Assembly (NCBI GenBank): GCA_003344405.1
Contig: NOWV01000015.1
Span: forward strand, 62,001 to 126,000
Source: Trichoplax sp. H2
Lineage: Eukaryota
Direction of reading: 5' to 3'
Length of the DNA stretch: 64,000 nucleotides
Below, one piece after another: positions 1-14,600 of this stretch. The number at the start of each line of letters is the position of its first letter. Within the stretch, counting starts at the first letter, position 1. The translations under genes were made by a program, and so were the position numbers. The notes beneath the pieces are model-generated. The model saw nothing but the letters and a program-made list of their open reading frames with translations, was not told the origin of the DNA and ran no database searches.

Positions 1-27
1 CGAGACGATTGCTATTTCCTCCATCAT
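1..27 (-). CDS. Possible first codons (MMEEIAIVS...) of a divergently transcribed gene running off the window start
   Basis: ATGATG on the minus strand at 27-22, open to the window edge, and next to the GC-richer, CAGTA-rich putative bidirectional promoter. Too short to identify. Confidence 0.2.
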
Positions 28-359
28 AACGTGAGGTAAGATTGATTGGTAAGGTAAGTTAGCCTACCGTGCTCGGCTTTCATCGAGCAAACCATGTAGG
101 CACTTGTTGATATGGAGAGTGGCATGCCCCATCGTTACTACGATACGCTATCTACGGTGGCTCAGAACGGGGCCAGGCCAGGTGACCCGACCAACATGTC
201 ACCGTGATGTAGGTGACGTTATCGAATCGCGAGCGAACAGACAGCTGACGGCAAGTAGGCGAGAAGCTGACGACAGCAACCTGACCAAGCCCTAAGATAG
301 TAGTGAGCTGACTAAAATAGTGTCGCTGTCGTCGTCACGTCCGTCCCTAGCCTGTCGTT

Positions 360-640
360 CTGGGCCGCAGTACAGTCTGTTCTAGAGTCTATAGTACTGT
401 AGAAAACGCGAAAGACAGCCTTGGTCCTGGTCTCGACGAGTCGTATACAGTACGTACAGTACAGTAGATCATAACGGTTTGAACTGATGGATCGATGGAT
501 CTGATAGACCCTTTCTCAGGTCAAGAGTGGACGACCGAGCACTACAGTACAGTACTCGAATACGGTACTGTACAGTATGTACTGTACACTGTACACTGTA
601 CAGTACTACAGTACACGTCAGTACAGTAAAGGACGAATCG
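360..640. promoter_or_regulatory. CAGTA/GTAC-rich low-complexity tract in a CpG-richer putative promoter upstream of the CRT-like gene
   Basis: Dense TACAGTAC/GTACTGTAC motifs (e.g. 541-630) in locally GC/CpG-richer sequence. The promoter role is inferred from position. Confidence 0.5.
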
Positions 641-1109
641 TGTGAGAGGGTGACGTCGAGTGACCATCACGAGTTCTAGCGCATGACACAGCGGTCCAAC
701 GAGTGTCCTGAATAACGTGCGGATGTCAGTACTCATGCCTACCGGATTGTTATCTAATGACGTTATCTTCTATAACGATGAAATCGATTCTTTACTAGTG
801 AATACGATCTAGAGGAAAGGGCAAAGATTAGAAGAAATTCTCGCCATTCGTCAACGTAATAAAGCAAAAACCACCTGAAAGTTTAGCCGTCGACGTACAG
901 TAGATTGATTCTGGTGGAAAATTACGATTACTGCCTCGTTGAAGCATCTTTTCTTGGCTGTTACGAAAGTCATAGTTTATATAAGCCATCAGTCAAATTG
1001 TTGGATGGTGACCAATCTTTCAACGCTACAATTATTGGTATTAAAAGGCTAGTGAAGGAAAAGACATAGCTGATTTTGGAAGAGAATTACATTATACTAC
1101 TAAGACATC

Positions 1110-2709
1110 ATGATGGAATCGAATGAATCAACTCCTTTAATAAATGGCTCAACCAATCATAACCATGGAGATGGGATTGATATCGTTAACAATAGTAAAG
1201 AGGATGTACCTAGTTTAGATACAGTTACTATACCCATATGTAATGTGGTCATCACTCGATCCACTGCAAGTATATTCATAGCTGTCATTAATGTTCTTAG
1301 CCAAGTTGGAATGAATATTAGTTTACCTACTCTTTCCAAAACGATCGAATCTGGTCACTGTCATAGTAATCAGTTTTTTGTCCTATTTTATTCTGGTTTG
1401 TGGTTCCCCATTCTTTTTTGGGCCGCTGTTGTGATCGTCAAACTATGCCGTCCAACTTTTAACGTCAGGACTTACACTTCTCACAAATATTTAATTCTTT
1501 TGGGAGCATTAAACGCTGTCAATGGATTATTGGTGGTATATGCTAGTCCACCCAGTAGAACATCGCCCAGTTTACAAGCTATTCTAAGCACAACTATAAT
1601 CCCTTACACAGTTGTCTTGCGTTATATCATTTTAAGAAAAGGTGTTAGCTACGGCCGATTGATATGCACCGTTGGTACCCTAATTGGGCTGTTTATCTCC
1701 TTGGAGCCAAACATCTTTAATATTAATCAAAAACAAAGTAGTGGATCGGCCTCAGCTATATGGCCTTTCGTGTTCGCACTAGGATTTTTGCCAGTTGGTG
1801 TTGCAAATGTACTACAAGAACGAGAGATCATGAAAGATAATAGGGTTAGCTGCAAACTTGATATTATACCAAAGAGTCATTTTATCGATAGTGTTACAGA
1901 CAATCTACCAAGTATTAGTAATTATGCTAAGATAGATAGCTTAAAAATGCACCATTTTCCCTTAAATTTCATACTCATTGTAGGAAGAATCATTGGTATT
2001 TGAAGCATGGATGCAAGTTTATAATTTTGCTGGTTTATCCATGTTGTTTTGGACCGATTTCATTCCTGGCTTTGGAGAAGTAAGTTATAATTACTCTATT
2101 GATAATTATGATGATATTATCAGCTAAGAAAATTTTGATACTTAAATACCATCCTACCATATAACACTATAATTATGTAGGCTCCACTCACGACAATAGC
2201 CAATAGCGCGTTGTCTACTTAAATTAGCTACAGTAAAGGCATTATGCCATATCGATAAACTAATTATTATAATCTTTAACGGCTAGGCAAAAACATTTAA
2301 GCAATTTCAAAATCAGATGAACTGCGGTTTCATGTCTCAATTTACTGGAAATAAATTTGTTCACTTTCCATGGGCAGCTGGTTCGGCTTGGGTTTTCATT
2401 ATTTTTTACTGTATAGCAAATATGTCTTCCCTACTACTAATCCGGTATGCTGATGGGGCAATCTATCTTGTGGTTGTTCAAGCACTTGTTACCCCATTGG
2501 CTGCCTTCTTTTGGACACTTTTTACTCTTGATAACGGCTTCCATTGGCATCCCAATTTTTCTGTTTCTACTGGGTTTATTGTGGGAGGAGTAGCGGTAAT
2601 ATTGCCATGCGTGATACTTTATAATTATTTTGGGATGAAGGAACAACAAGAAGCACAAAGACAACTAGAAAATTCTCATTCGCATAAGAAAGAGAGCAAG
2701 GAAATATAG
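1110..2709 (+). CDS. CRT-like (chloroquine resistance transporter/CLT family, DMT superfamily) multi-pass membrane transporter, ~417 aa, 3 exons
   Basis: Exons 1110-1844, 1984-2079 and 2287-2709 are joined in frame by GT-AG introns. About 10 hydrophobic segments. Motifs 'GLLVVYASPPSRTSPSLQAIL' and 'LFWTDFIPGFG' resemble crt-homolog proteins. Family call is from recognition, not a search. Confidence 0.8.
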
Positions 2710-4004
2710 TAGCTGAGTAGATGCTAAAATTGTTCAAACTGAAAGTAATATGGAGCCTTAATTTCAGAAATTCACTGCATGTAATATATTTTAACCATAT
2801 TTGCTATACAACAAAAACCTCTGACTTTTACACTAATTGTTGGTGCGCAGATATTACCTGTAGTTTGTATTTTCATAAATGCTTATCATAAAACGGCGTC
2901 ATTAAAAGAATCTAGGTCGTTATTCATCTCAAATGTATTCGATACACTCTAGGTGTAACAATATTCTTTTCTAAACATGTTAAGTTCCTGTTAGAATACA
3001 TTTATTTATCGATACTGGGGTTTTACCCTGTTATACTGTAACAGACACTTAGCAAATTACAACTGTCAAAGTATTGATTGTCATATTTTAAAAATTTGTA
3101 ATTGAAGAACCTTGTACAGAACTGAAATCCCTTATTGATATAGTTTTATTGTTCGATAGGTAACGGTATTTTATAATAAACGATTATAATTTAAAATACA
3201 ATCTCATATTTAGTTAACAGTATTAGAGACATTCTTACAAATTTATACTTTTGCTAAATGTTAAAAAATAAAAAGTCTTTATTATAAATTTAAATTTAAA
3301 AATAAAATAAAATGGAAGCCAACTTTCTTATTAAATGATGTTATATTACATAATCATATGTGCAATTTTATCTACGTTTTAATTGATGGATAACATAATT
3401 CCTACCATAGTAGCGAGGTTTCTAAACTATTACCAACTTGACCTTATGTCTATATAGGCGTACTGTACTGTAGATGGAGGATAGATTAGATTTTACTTTT
3501 GGTGCAGAATGACAGCCAATGAAGAGGGATAGAGCCTTGTTTTATAGTACTGTATTTCAAAGAAAGATATAATTTCATCATCTGAATAACTTTGCAATCA
3601 ATATAGTATATGGTTTCTGAATGGTAGTTCCAAGCTCTAACTAATGCTTAATGAAGATAACGCAGGAAAGTTTGGATTGTTATAGCCGGCTAACTTACAG
3701 TATCCTCATTTCCTGTATGCTGATTTTTAACTTGATTGAATTAAGTCGACGTACGGGGTAAAGCTTCTCTTCGATTCGATGGTTAATATTTATTAATGTC
3801 GTAGTAATAATTAACTAGCGAAACCCAAAGAGATTCCATGACAACATAGTGCGATTTTTAGGTAATAATTATATTAGAGAATAGCAGTGTGACACACGTA
3901 CAATCACATTAATATTATTTGATTAATTATAATCCCCCCGCCCGCTGAAGACGTGGTACTCTTTATCACTCTTTGATACAAGTAATGTAATTATTTGTAG
4001 TTGA

Positions 4005-4745
4005 GAGCCTATAAATCAGTTTAGATGGGGCAGTCCCAAGCCAGTAAAGTCAGAAAATAGCCCGTAGAGACAAACACCATCAATGGATTACCATCTTACC
4101 ACAGATCTATAGCACAGTACGTATAATGATAATGGTTAGATGAAGTATATGTGCATCGTACCGTATTATAGCATTATTCTCCTGTACTTGATAAGAATGA
4201 TTTGATGCTTTAAAAGATGGTCTACAAATCAATTTATCTGCCATAAAGAGATCAAGCCAGTCAATTACCCCGGCACAGTATTACTATTAAATATGGATGT
4301 ATCCTACCGTGTGATAGCATCATTCTTCTGTACTTAACGTAAAATAATTAATTTAAAAGACAGTCTACAAATCAGTTTATCTGCCAACAGACCAAGCAAG
4401 TCAATTACTAAGGTACAGTAAAAGTAGAATAATATAATTAGATGAACTAAATGTGCATCCTATCGTATAGTAGCAACATTCTTCTGTACTTAACGGAGAT
4501 TATTGAATAATTTAAACGGCAGTCTACAAATCAGTTTAGATGCCAACAGGCTAAGCCAATCAATTACTACGGCATAGTATCAGCATAATAGTAGGGTGAA
4601 TTACACTAGCTGTACATCGTATCGCATAAGAGCGACATTCTTCTGTACTGGATGAAAATTATTGGATTATTTCAAAGACTGTCTACTAATTAGTTTAGAT
4701 TCCAGCAGACCAGTAAAATTAGAAAGACAAACACCGTAAAATTGA
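4005..4745. repeat. Degenerate tandem repeat, ~5 units of ~140-210 bp
   Basis: Anchor GTCTACAAATCAGTTTA(G/T)ATGCC-like at ~4007, 4220, 4363, 4522 and 4681, with shared CAATTAC and ATTCTTCTGTACTT blocks. Confidence 0.8.
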
Positions 4746-5610
4746 TTATCCTCTGACTCCGGTGCAGCATAGCGATAATGCAGTATGTGAACGTACTACA
4801 GTACGCAAGTCAATTCTCTGATGGCGTAAAAGATAGAAAGAAAGTACAACACTACAGACAGTATTCTATCCAATGTACAATTCACTAAACGTTCAAGAAC
4901 TAGCCGGTGATTAATCATGAATATACGCGTATACAGTAGTATCCCTCTGTTTATGCTTCTAGAGTATATTATCATTCATGATAGACTATCCGATCCAGTA
5001 ATCTATGGTATAGTATAAATTCTCATCGATAATAAACTACCGTAAGTCAAATAAGGGTATTCCCCTATTAACGACACTCGAGTGCATCATGATCGACTAT
5101 CGAATCCATTAATCCATAGCTTAAAATGCACAAGAAATCTATACTAGAACTATATCAATTCCTGTCTATTCGCAAGCAGACTTGCAAACATCAAACAAAA
5201 GAATATCGTTATCTAAGTAAAACAAGGGTATTGCTTGTAAGGGTATTGTTTGATGTCCGCTATCTAACTGCAGTATTGTACTGAGCGTACAATACGCCTT
5301 TGAAGTGGAAAAAAATCGATCGATTAATTAATTATATCGTCGAGTTGGTCAATGAGGATCGGATAACTTACAAAGTTTTGTATTGGCTACTACTTCTATT
5401 TTGTCTGGTGTTTTTTTTTATTCTTGTATCATCAAACGACTGTAAGGGTATTGACGTAGACAGGCCTCCAAGTGGAAGACCGTAGAGGATAGCTTGTATC
5501 GGATCGTTGCGCCAACACCAACTTTCCTATTTGGTCGAAAAATTTCAACATCGAGCCAAAACCATCCATCGCCAGCCATTTCTTTCTCCAAATTTGTAGT
5601 CATTCTTTGA

Positions 5611-8600
5611 ATGAGACGAATGGTCAATCATCAAGATGGTATTATCGGAGAGGTAATGGAGGCTATTCCAATCTCTTTTTGACGTCATAGGTAGTCACGA
5701 ATGACTGCTATTGACGATGTACTTGCTCATAATCTCGCTTTTTATCTTACCATCTTGACCGTTGTCAAGTCCTATGTCTGATCAATCGCTTTTTATTTTC
5801 ACTAAATCACTTGTCACGAATGGAAAATAATTTCCTTTGCTGTAAAAGGATGACCATGACATTCGTTTTGTTACCAATTTCTGTTTGGGAGGGGGGCATT
5901 TTTTGTGGTCCAGTGATGATATGGAACAATGTTTTCTTTTACCCTTATCATTTTCATTTTCAGTTTTCTATTGAACTCGACCAATTAGTAAGAAAAATTA
6001 TAACGTATTATGTGTTGAAACGATTGGCGAATAGTGACATTATTATTTTGAACGTTAATATTAATTTAACAGCCTATTCCAGGGTAATTTATACGTTGTA
6101 ATGATTGCTGGCGTAGTCAGGCACATCCCATTTCCATTTCGAACTGAACGAGACAAGAAGTTTCACTTCGTGCCAACAACGTATTGGCTAACCCTAGACG
6201 GAGTTCATTAAAATAGGCAAACTATAACGATGGCCAATATTAACATAACAGGAATGGTAACGGCAATGGCCATCGTTCCGCTTTCATCATTTATAGTCCA
6301 ACGAGATTGTGTCAATTGCCACATCGTTACGATAATTGCACGATCATCCGCGTCTACAAGAATGCTATCCTAAAATACTACTGTATTATTTTTACGCCTA
6401 ACGTTGATAGCATCCATTATTCATTGTCAATAAGAAGCCTAGTTAAGCACTCTGTCTTCTCAAAATATACGAGTACGAGGAAAGAGTGTAATCTACTGGG
6501 GAGGGGGGCAATTCATTGTCTGCCTTGAATCCTTCAACTTAACTAGTCAAAATTGATTACTTAACATCCCAAATCGCACGATAATATTGTGGTAACAGTT
6601 GAACGAGTTAATTTGTTATGTTCTAACTAAAAAAATTGATTTCAAATACCTTTACAACGCTTTAGCTAAACTTGAATTCATGCACCATCGACGATGATGG
6701 TTTATAGCGTCAAAATAAAACACTTTAGTGTCCGTACAATGAATGATAGTCAGGGATAAACTTCGATTCAAAATTCTTTCCAGTAACGACACGAATTTCT
6801 TACTTTCGCTAATGAAATAGCGATCAAATCGATTGAAAATATTATTTTTCTCTCGGCGATCTTTCTATCCTTAATAAATAGCAAAAAATTATTCACACGG
6901 AATACCTTCACTACGCCTCGTATTCAAATTAAATTTGACTATAGCACTATTTTTTTCACTAAATTTTGACAGACAATCCACTCTATTAGAGAAATTAGCC
7001 GTGGTAAAATAAAAATATTTTTCTTTCACGGGATGCTAGTCCTTGGGTAACAATCACAACTACAGCATTGCAGTTCGAAGAGAAAACCAGCGCATAGGGT
7101 TGCCATAAAAACGACTCGGCGGTTACTACAAGAAATAGCGTCTTGTAGTCGTAACTTGCATTAGCCGGCAATAGATCAATAGTCTTAAGGAAACAACAAC
7201 TGCCATTTTTCACGGTCTATTTCACGAAAAGTAAAATAAAAATCAATGTAAAAAAATCAATCATCCTATATTACCCTATCAATCATAGTCTATCATTTTC
7301 TACAAGTTGATAGTCACTTGAAAATAGAATAGTAGCTAAAATCCTTTAGAATATCTGTTAATAGTAGATCGAATTTCAGTATGGATCTATAAATACATAA
7401 AATTAGATCTTTAAATTTTTGCACTTCCAATAGAGGAAATAACTTTGGTATCATATTAAAGAGTCAATTGAAACTGCAAACAATATCAAGATAATGTGAG
7501 TTTGAAACTAATATTACTGTATATATACAAGGACAAGATCTAGCATTTACGATGTAGAATTAGCAAAGAAAGAGATGGATCATTATATATCAAAGATTGC
7601 TCTATTAACGGACAGGATCCCTGTAGTGCTGCAAATCATTACCATACTACACCATTTGAAACGCTGGACTGGCTCCGAAATTGTTGTAAGGATAGAAGAA
7701 GTCTTATGCATGCCTTATAGGTATTTCTGTATGATTGTCAGCTTTACTGTACATTTAAGCGATCATGGCGAAGCATATTAATACAACATTACAATGAAAT
7801 CGAACGGGAGAATATAAAAATGATCATTTACATGAAAGATTACTTGAATAGTAGATAGGATACCCGTGTCAGATGATTACCATATTACACAAATTGAAAC
7901 GTTGGACTGGCTCCCAATTTGTTCAATTAATAGACAGACGAAAATATTATCTTTGCCTTTTTACAGATATTTCTGAGTGAATACCGACTTTACTACACAT
8001 TTAGGCGATCCGGGCTAAGCACATCAATACAGCGCTCTAATGAAACAGAACGTGAGAATATGGAAATAATTATTTACATCCACTTTATGATATCCTGTCT
8101 TGGTATAGATACGATAGTTTCTCAACGAACTAGGTGAAAATAATTTTGAATCCAGGCTTCATTTTCCCTTTTATCTACTCTTTTATCAATCAGGACTATG
8201 TCAAGCTTTAGGCAAGATTTTAATATTCAGAAGTCATTGTCGGATGTTCGCATTTACTGTAGATAAATTCGTACTTAAAACGAATGTGTTATATTAAAGC
8301 CAGTTATTTATTATACTAGTATGAGTAGTCAAATGGATGTTATGTTTTTTGCAAGAAAAATAGTTGGAAACAGTTTTAAATCTCAGTATAATTTCTCCCT
8401 TCTATTCTTCTCTTCACCCAATAAGATATTGTAAATTATTGCGCAAGATCAAATATGCTGTAGTTATCATCAGATGTTTACACCTTCTGTAGACGAAGCT
8501 GTATTTTAAGTGAATCTGTTCTGTTAATACTAATTATTTGTGGGCGCTAAAATAATATAGTCGTTTCCTGGCGATATAGATTTCTATTTCACAAATAATA

Positions 8601-11600
8601 TCTGAAATCCATCTTATCGTAGCTGAAGTAAAACGGAAACGAATTTAAATCTCCACTTTCTTGACACCCTTTCTTCATCTTAAGGTTAATCAAACACGAC
8701 ATTGTGGTTGCATGGAAGATCAACTAAGCGACAATTATAGTCTAATCTTGACGCTTACGTAACGCCATCTATAAGCAAATCTGTTATGATCAATTGAAAT
8801 ATGGATCAAAGCTAATAGTCTATGAACTCTGTAGGTAATTTTCAGGCTATCTTCATCTTCATTTCACAAATAATATCCGAAAAACTACTGGTACTATTAG
8901 CCAAAACCAACAGTTTCTATTGGTAATAGTAAAAAATCTTTTAAATCTCCACTTACATTGCTATTCTTTACTACATTCTTCGCCTTCAGCGATGTTGAAA
9001 AGTGCTACCCAGATCAAAGAGATGCTATCATTGTTATCGTCCGGGTATTTATTCTGACATAAAACTATATGTAAAGCAAAGCAGTCGCAATAAATTAATC
9101 CATGAATAAATACTGACAAAATGATAACTCTCCCGCTCGTTTATAAGCTATCTAAAAATCTATTTCATAAATAATTTCTGAAAGCAGCTTGTACCATTAC
9201 TCTAGATGATCTGTTTTCTCGGAAGCATCAAAAAAAAAGATGAAATCTGTAATTTCTGGTCTAATTTCAATGTTGACGAATCAAATCGAACATTCTTTAA
9301 GTCTCGTCAACATGAAATACCTACAAATTGTAGTGATCATTAAATATTCTTACACATAATTGTGCAAAAGGTGAATCTGTTATCATGAATTAATTTAATC
9401 ATTAATCTTGCAAGAATAGATGAAGATGGTTTACAGGCCATCTTCATATCAATTTCACCATTGCATCGACAATAGTATTCCGTACCAGTAGTCGACGGAG
9501 ATCATTCCTCTTTAGAAATGTTAAAAAAATAGCAACTTTCTGTTTTCTTTCCGCCTTTCCATGCCTTAATCAAAGCTGATTGGTGTTGAAGGCTTGTAAG
9601 CAAGATTAAATCAGCAACAGCTATTATTGGATATTGATGATAACACGAAACTGTGTATAAGTTACATCTGTTATAATAAATCAATTTATTTATCAACATT
9701 GGAAGACAAGAGTGACAACTCTATATCTTCTACGGTGTCTTTAATCAATATTACCAAAGCAGCATTATATCATAGCCGACAAATCGCTAGTACAATAGGT
9801 CAAATGGACACCTTAGAATTGCTGGAAATAGGAAAAAGATATTTTAAATTCCTTTTTTCTTTTTTACCTTTTAAATCTTCTATCAAACGTGATACTGTAG
9901 CATCCTTTTAAAAGTAAATTGACCGCAATGATCACCGGATATAAAGTATATGATCAAATAATTGGTTCATAAATCTGTAATCATTAACGGTAAACGAGTG
10001 AAAATTCTATATACATGTATAGCTTTAATATTATCTTTAAATCTAGTTTACAAATAATATCATCAATGAAAAAATAGTTGAAAAAATGGCTATATTTGAT
10101 ATTTATCTCTTAAAAATGTAAAAAAAAACTTTTAAAATTCCCTACTCTCCTTTCTTGTTATACATATCTTAACACAAAATCTACCATACGGTGGTGATTG
10201 TGAGATAATTATACTTTGACAACACCTTGTAGAAAATAAAGCAATGATGATCAACGTATTCATCAAATGTTAGATGAAGCGATAATTCCGTAGGCTGACT
10301 TGAAATTTTTTTTCGCAAGCAACGTCATAAATTATAAATTACTTCCAAATGGCATCATAAGATGTTTACTAGGTATCTTGCCTGCCTGAAGATATTATGT
10401 ATAATGCGACTACATACAATAAATCGCTATCCCATAATAAAATTAAATCAAAGCAAACCTATATTATTATAAACACTACATGAACAAAATACCACCAGCA
10501 AATAATAGCAAAAGTTTGTAAACATCCAATCTGTAATTGACGACTAGTAATCCAATCTATTTGACATAAGCTCATTTATGAATAAACAATTCCTGAACAG
10601 ATTAATGCCAGTATTAGATTGCTATTAAGACTCTGGATGGAACTGAATTGCAACACGAGTATTTATTGTATATTCGATTTCTTTTTTTTATGGCGTTTAG
10701 TACAACATTTGCAAGCAGAGATTGGACAGCAAGGTAGCCGCTCTGCAAATTCTTCATCGAGAACTAGCATCCTGTCAATTAGAAAGGGATCTGTATAAAA
10801 CAAAGTACAATCAATTGGTAAGTTGCTAAAAACTTTTATATTTATGTTCGATAAATCGGTTACAGAACTTTTCAGTTATTTCCATTCTCAATCTACAACA
10901 ATGAATCGTAGCTTTCAGTAGTCTGATGATCCTACCGAACACTTAAAGCATCAGGCTCAGTATTTACTTTATGTTGTTAAATTACGGTATAAAGTTAGGC
11001 CATTATATCTGGTACAATAAGTATTTTTACTATGGTTTCACACAATGATTATTAAATGCTGCGCATACATATCGTTAATTGACGGTAATCAATACTTTTA
11101 TGGACTACTTTCTTCGTTCCCAACGTTCTTTAAGCTAAAAATGATCTCTTGATAATTTGTACGAGCCAACTCTTCCTATAATTCAACTTCGATACTAAAA
11201 CATTTGTGATAGTTTTATTAAAATTAGCTATTCACATTGGTTTATATTAGGCTACATAGATAACATAAAATAAAGCTGTGAGTAAAATAGGCAAGATGAA
11301 GACATAAACTCCCTTTAAACTGTATTTTTAGGTTAAATCTTTTGCTAAACCCTCGAATTAGCCTAATTAAATAGCAAATAACCATGATTTAGTTTGTACT
11401 CTTCTATGGCAGCAACACAGTCAATCTTATGAAGAAATAGATGCAGATAGTCTAAAAATCTGAAAGTCAGATATAACAGATTAATTTGCTTAGACAGATA
11501 TTAATAGCAAAGCATTATTAATGTTCAAATTGTACAATATTATCATACATCGCCTCAAGTTAATAATTTTTAAATATTTTACAAAAGAATATTTTAGAAA

Positions 11601-14600
11601 ACGTGATCATGAGCCAAAATGCTAAGAATGCTTCCTAGTCTAGATCGGAGCAAGATTCTGATGAATGCACAGTTTAATATTTGTTAAGCCTCTCAATTTG
11701 CTTCTTACAGGTACAAGAAAGAAATGGGGAAACCGTAACCTCATCGACAACTAAATATTCTTGGGTATCTAACTTGGATTAATGAGCACTATAGAAATTA
11801 ATTTCGGTCATGTAACTCTATTATTGCAGTATAGAAGTGCAAGACTTCAATTAGCCCTTGTTACAAAGTAGATTTCACTCCTATAACGATGCTATTGTCC
11901 TGCAGGAATGAAATACTTCGATTAGTCCTTGTCGTAAAATTAAAATTTACTCCTATAACCAAACTATTGCCCTATAGAAATGAAAAACTTCTATAACCCT
12001 CATTACAATACAAATTTCACTCATATAATGATGCTGTTCCGCTGCAAAAGGAAAGACTTCGATTAGCCGCTGTCGTAAAACAAATTTCACTCCTATACTG
12101 ATACTATTGCTCTACAGGAATGACAGACTTCGATCAAGCCGTTGCCGCAAAACAAATTTTACTATACTATTGCCTTGCATGAATGAAAGACCTTAGATTA
12201 GCTCTTGTTGCAAAATAAATTTCACTCCTATAACGGCACTATTACCCAGCAGAAACGAAAGCTTTAATAACCTTTATTGCAAACAAATGTCACCCATGCT
12301 ACGACACTGTTACTCTGTAGAAATGATAGACTTCGATTAGCCCTTATCACAAAATAAATTTGTCTGTCATTCTCAAAGCTAATTAATCGTTAATACGTAT
12401 CCGTTTATGTTATGGTCAAAGTACGCATACATAGAATGTAAATCAAATAGTATTGTTATAAATTTGTCCCAAATTTTTGGCACTTTGCATATGATGAAAT
12501 ACTGAGGCTAGAGGAAGTATCCATCTGCATGCAAAATAAACTGACTTTTATTGCCTGCTATTTAATGGAAATTATACTGCTATTAATGAATCAAATGTAA
12601 CTGTAAGTGAATACATGGAATTACTCTACGTATATTTCCTTCTATAAAAGGATGATGAGAAAGATGACAATTTTTACACGAAATCCTTGGACAGAGATGC
12701 GCGTTATATTCATGAATCAAGTCGTAATAAGGTAATTTTACTAAAGTGTACAATTATACCCTGCAACAGTATACTGTTCTAGATAATTGCAAACTTTATC
12801 AATCATACCATTTAATAAATGATGTACCGTATTCTATCGCCTTATTTAAGCATAAAAGTAAAGTAAGACGTAAGACAAGTCATTATGATTATGATTAATA
12901 GAGTAACAAATCCATATAATATTCAAATTCATGAGCTGATACATTTGAAATGCAAATCAAATCTTTTCAAATAGGGTATGATTCAAGTTTTATGCGATGC
13001 ACGGATGCAAATTAAACGCTTGCAACTAGATCTGGATCATATCAGACAAAGATTTTGCGAAGCCCAAGGAGATATTAAAGTAAATTATTATTTGTCCCTA
13101 TTGACTCTGAAATCGAACACGAATTATTTTCTTACTACTTCTCTCAATCTAATTTCATTTCTAGCTTTTGAGAGAAAAAGCTAAGCGGCGCCAGCAACAA
13201 ATGGTACGCAGTTTAACTCAAGAACACTCTCATATACAAGAAGACGAGCGTAAGAAATTAGTTTTGGAGCTGGAATCTGCTAATGAAAAGGTATATAGCC
13301 ATGAAAATTTGTGTAGTTTGAATATAGCTGTTGGGAATGTACCATTGCAATTGATTAATAGAATAATATAGTTTATTAATTATTTGATACTATGGTCTCA
13401 CAGATTATCCAATATGAACGATTTATTAAAGATGTAACCGATGAAAAAAGTGAATTAGAAATTGAAGTAATGTTGAGTACAATTATGGTTCATTTTATCC
13501 TAGAATAGACTATTTAAGCACCCGCTAGATTTCTGAATTAATTAAAATTATATTGCAAATCAGTTATACAGTAGAATATCTATAGAAGGAGGTAAAACAG
13601 CTAGTTCAGATCAGTTTCTAGAGGTGTTTCTTTGGACTATAAATCTTAAACATACTCTGAATTAAATAGCGGGATTCCCATCGCGATAAAGCTAGTAGAT
13701 TGAATCAAGAATTAAATTATATGATTACTGGCGATGATAAACGAATTTATGATATCGATGAACTCATAGTAGAAAACAGGTTAGTATCATTAGCAATATT
13801 TCGATGTATAGACTAGAATCGATACTTCCTATGCATGGGTATACCAAATATCTAAATCTTAACCTTTTTCGTACAGATATTTAAAGGAGAGGTTGAAGCA
13901 GTGTGTAGAAGAAAAGAAAATTGCCTTACAAACTGTTTCTAAACTAAAGGTACTACATCGAGTTATGATGACAATTACTATAAAAGATTGCGAGTGACAA
14001 ATATTAGGAATAATTGCTTTTAAGATTTTATACCATTTGACACTTACAATCTACATTTTGCAGTCCGCTCTTGATAAGTGCAAGTTAAAAAGTGTAAGAT
14101 TTAACTTATCCGATTTAACGGGAGGATCAATTATGTCCAGCTCTCCAAGAAAATCCAAAGCTGGTGCAAGTACGAATCCATCTAAACTGATTCCAGCTTG
14201 AATTGAATGATATTTGAGTAGAATGGAAACAATGCTAGTCTTGTTTATTCCATCTAATTGAATTCAATTTATTCTTAGATTTAAAAGCTGGAAATGCGTC
14301 TACAACATTCTCCGATTTGCAAGCCCTAGCAACATCCCTACAAGAAACTGTAACTGATAAAAACACCGCATTGCTCCATCAAAGGCGAACCAATAGGTAC
14401 ATGATCACGATTAATCCCACAATTGATATGTTGTTACTGAACACTCACCAAAAACTAAAGTTTTGGACTAGCTATGTAATTGTACCGTCGACTAATTCAA
14501 TGACCATAACATATCTACAGTATTTAAATGGAAAAAATTCATCCATCAACACTTTATAATAGAATAAGAACGGTTACGATCACAGCCTTCATATAAAAGC

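Noticed and set aside
1845-2003. C-terminal part of the 297 aa ORF
   Set aside because: Read-through into intron 1 of the CRT-like gene; the spliced frame continues the transporter.
11825-12362. 70-bp periodic array resembling CRISPR spacing
   Set aside because: The whole unit is repeated and degenerate, so it is an intronic minisatellite.
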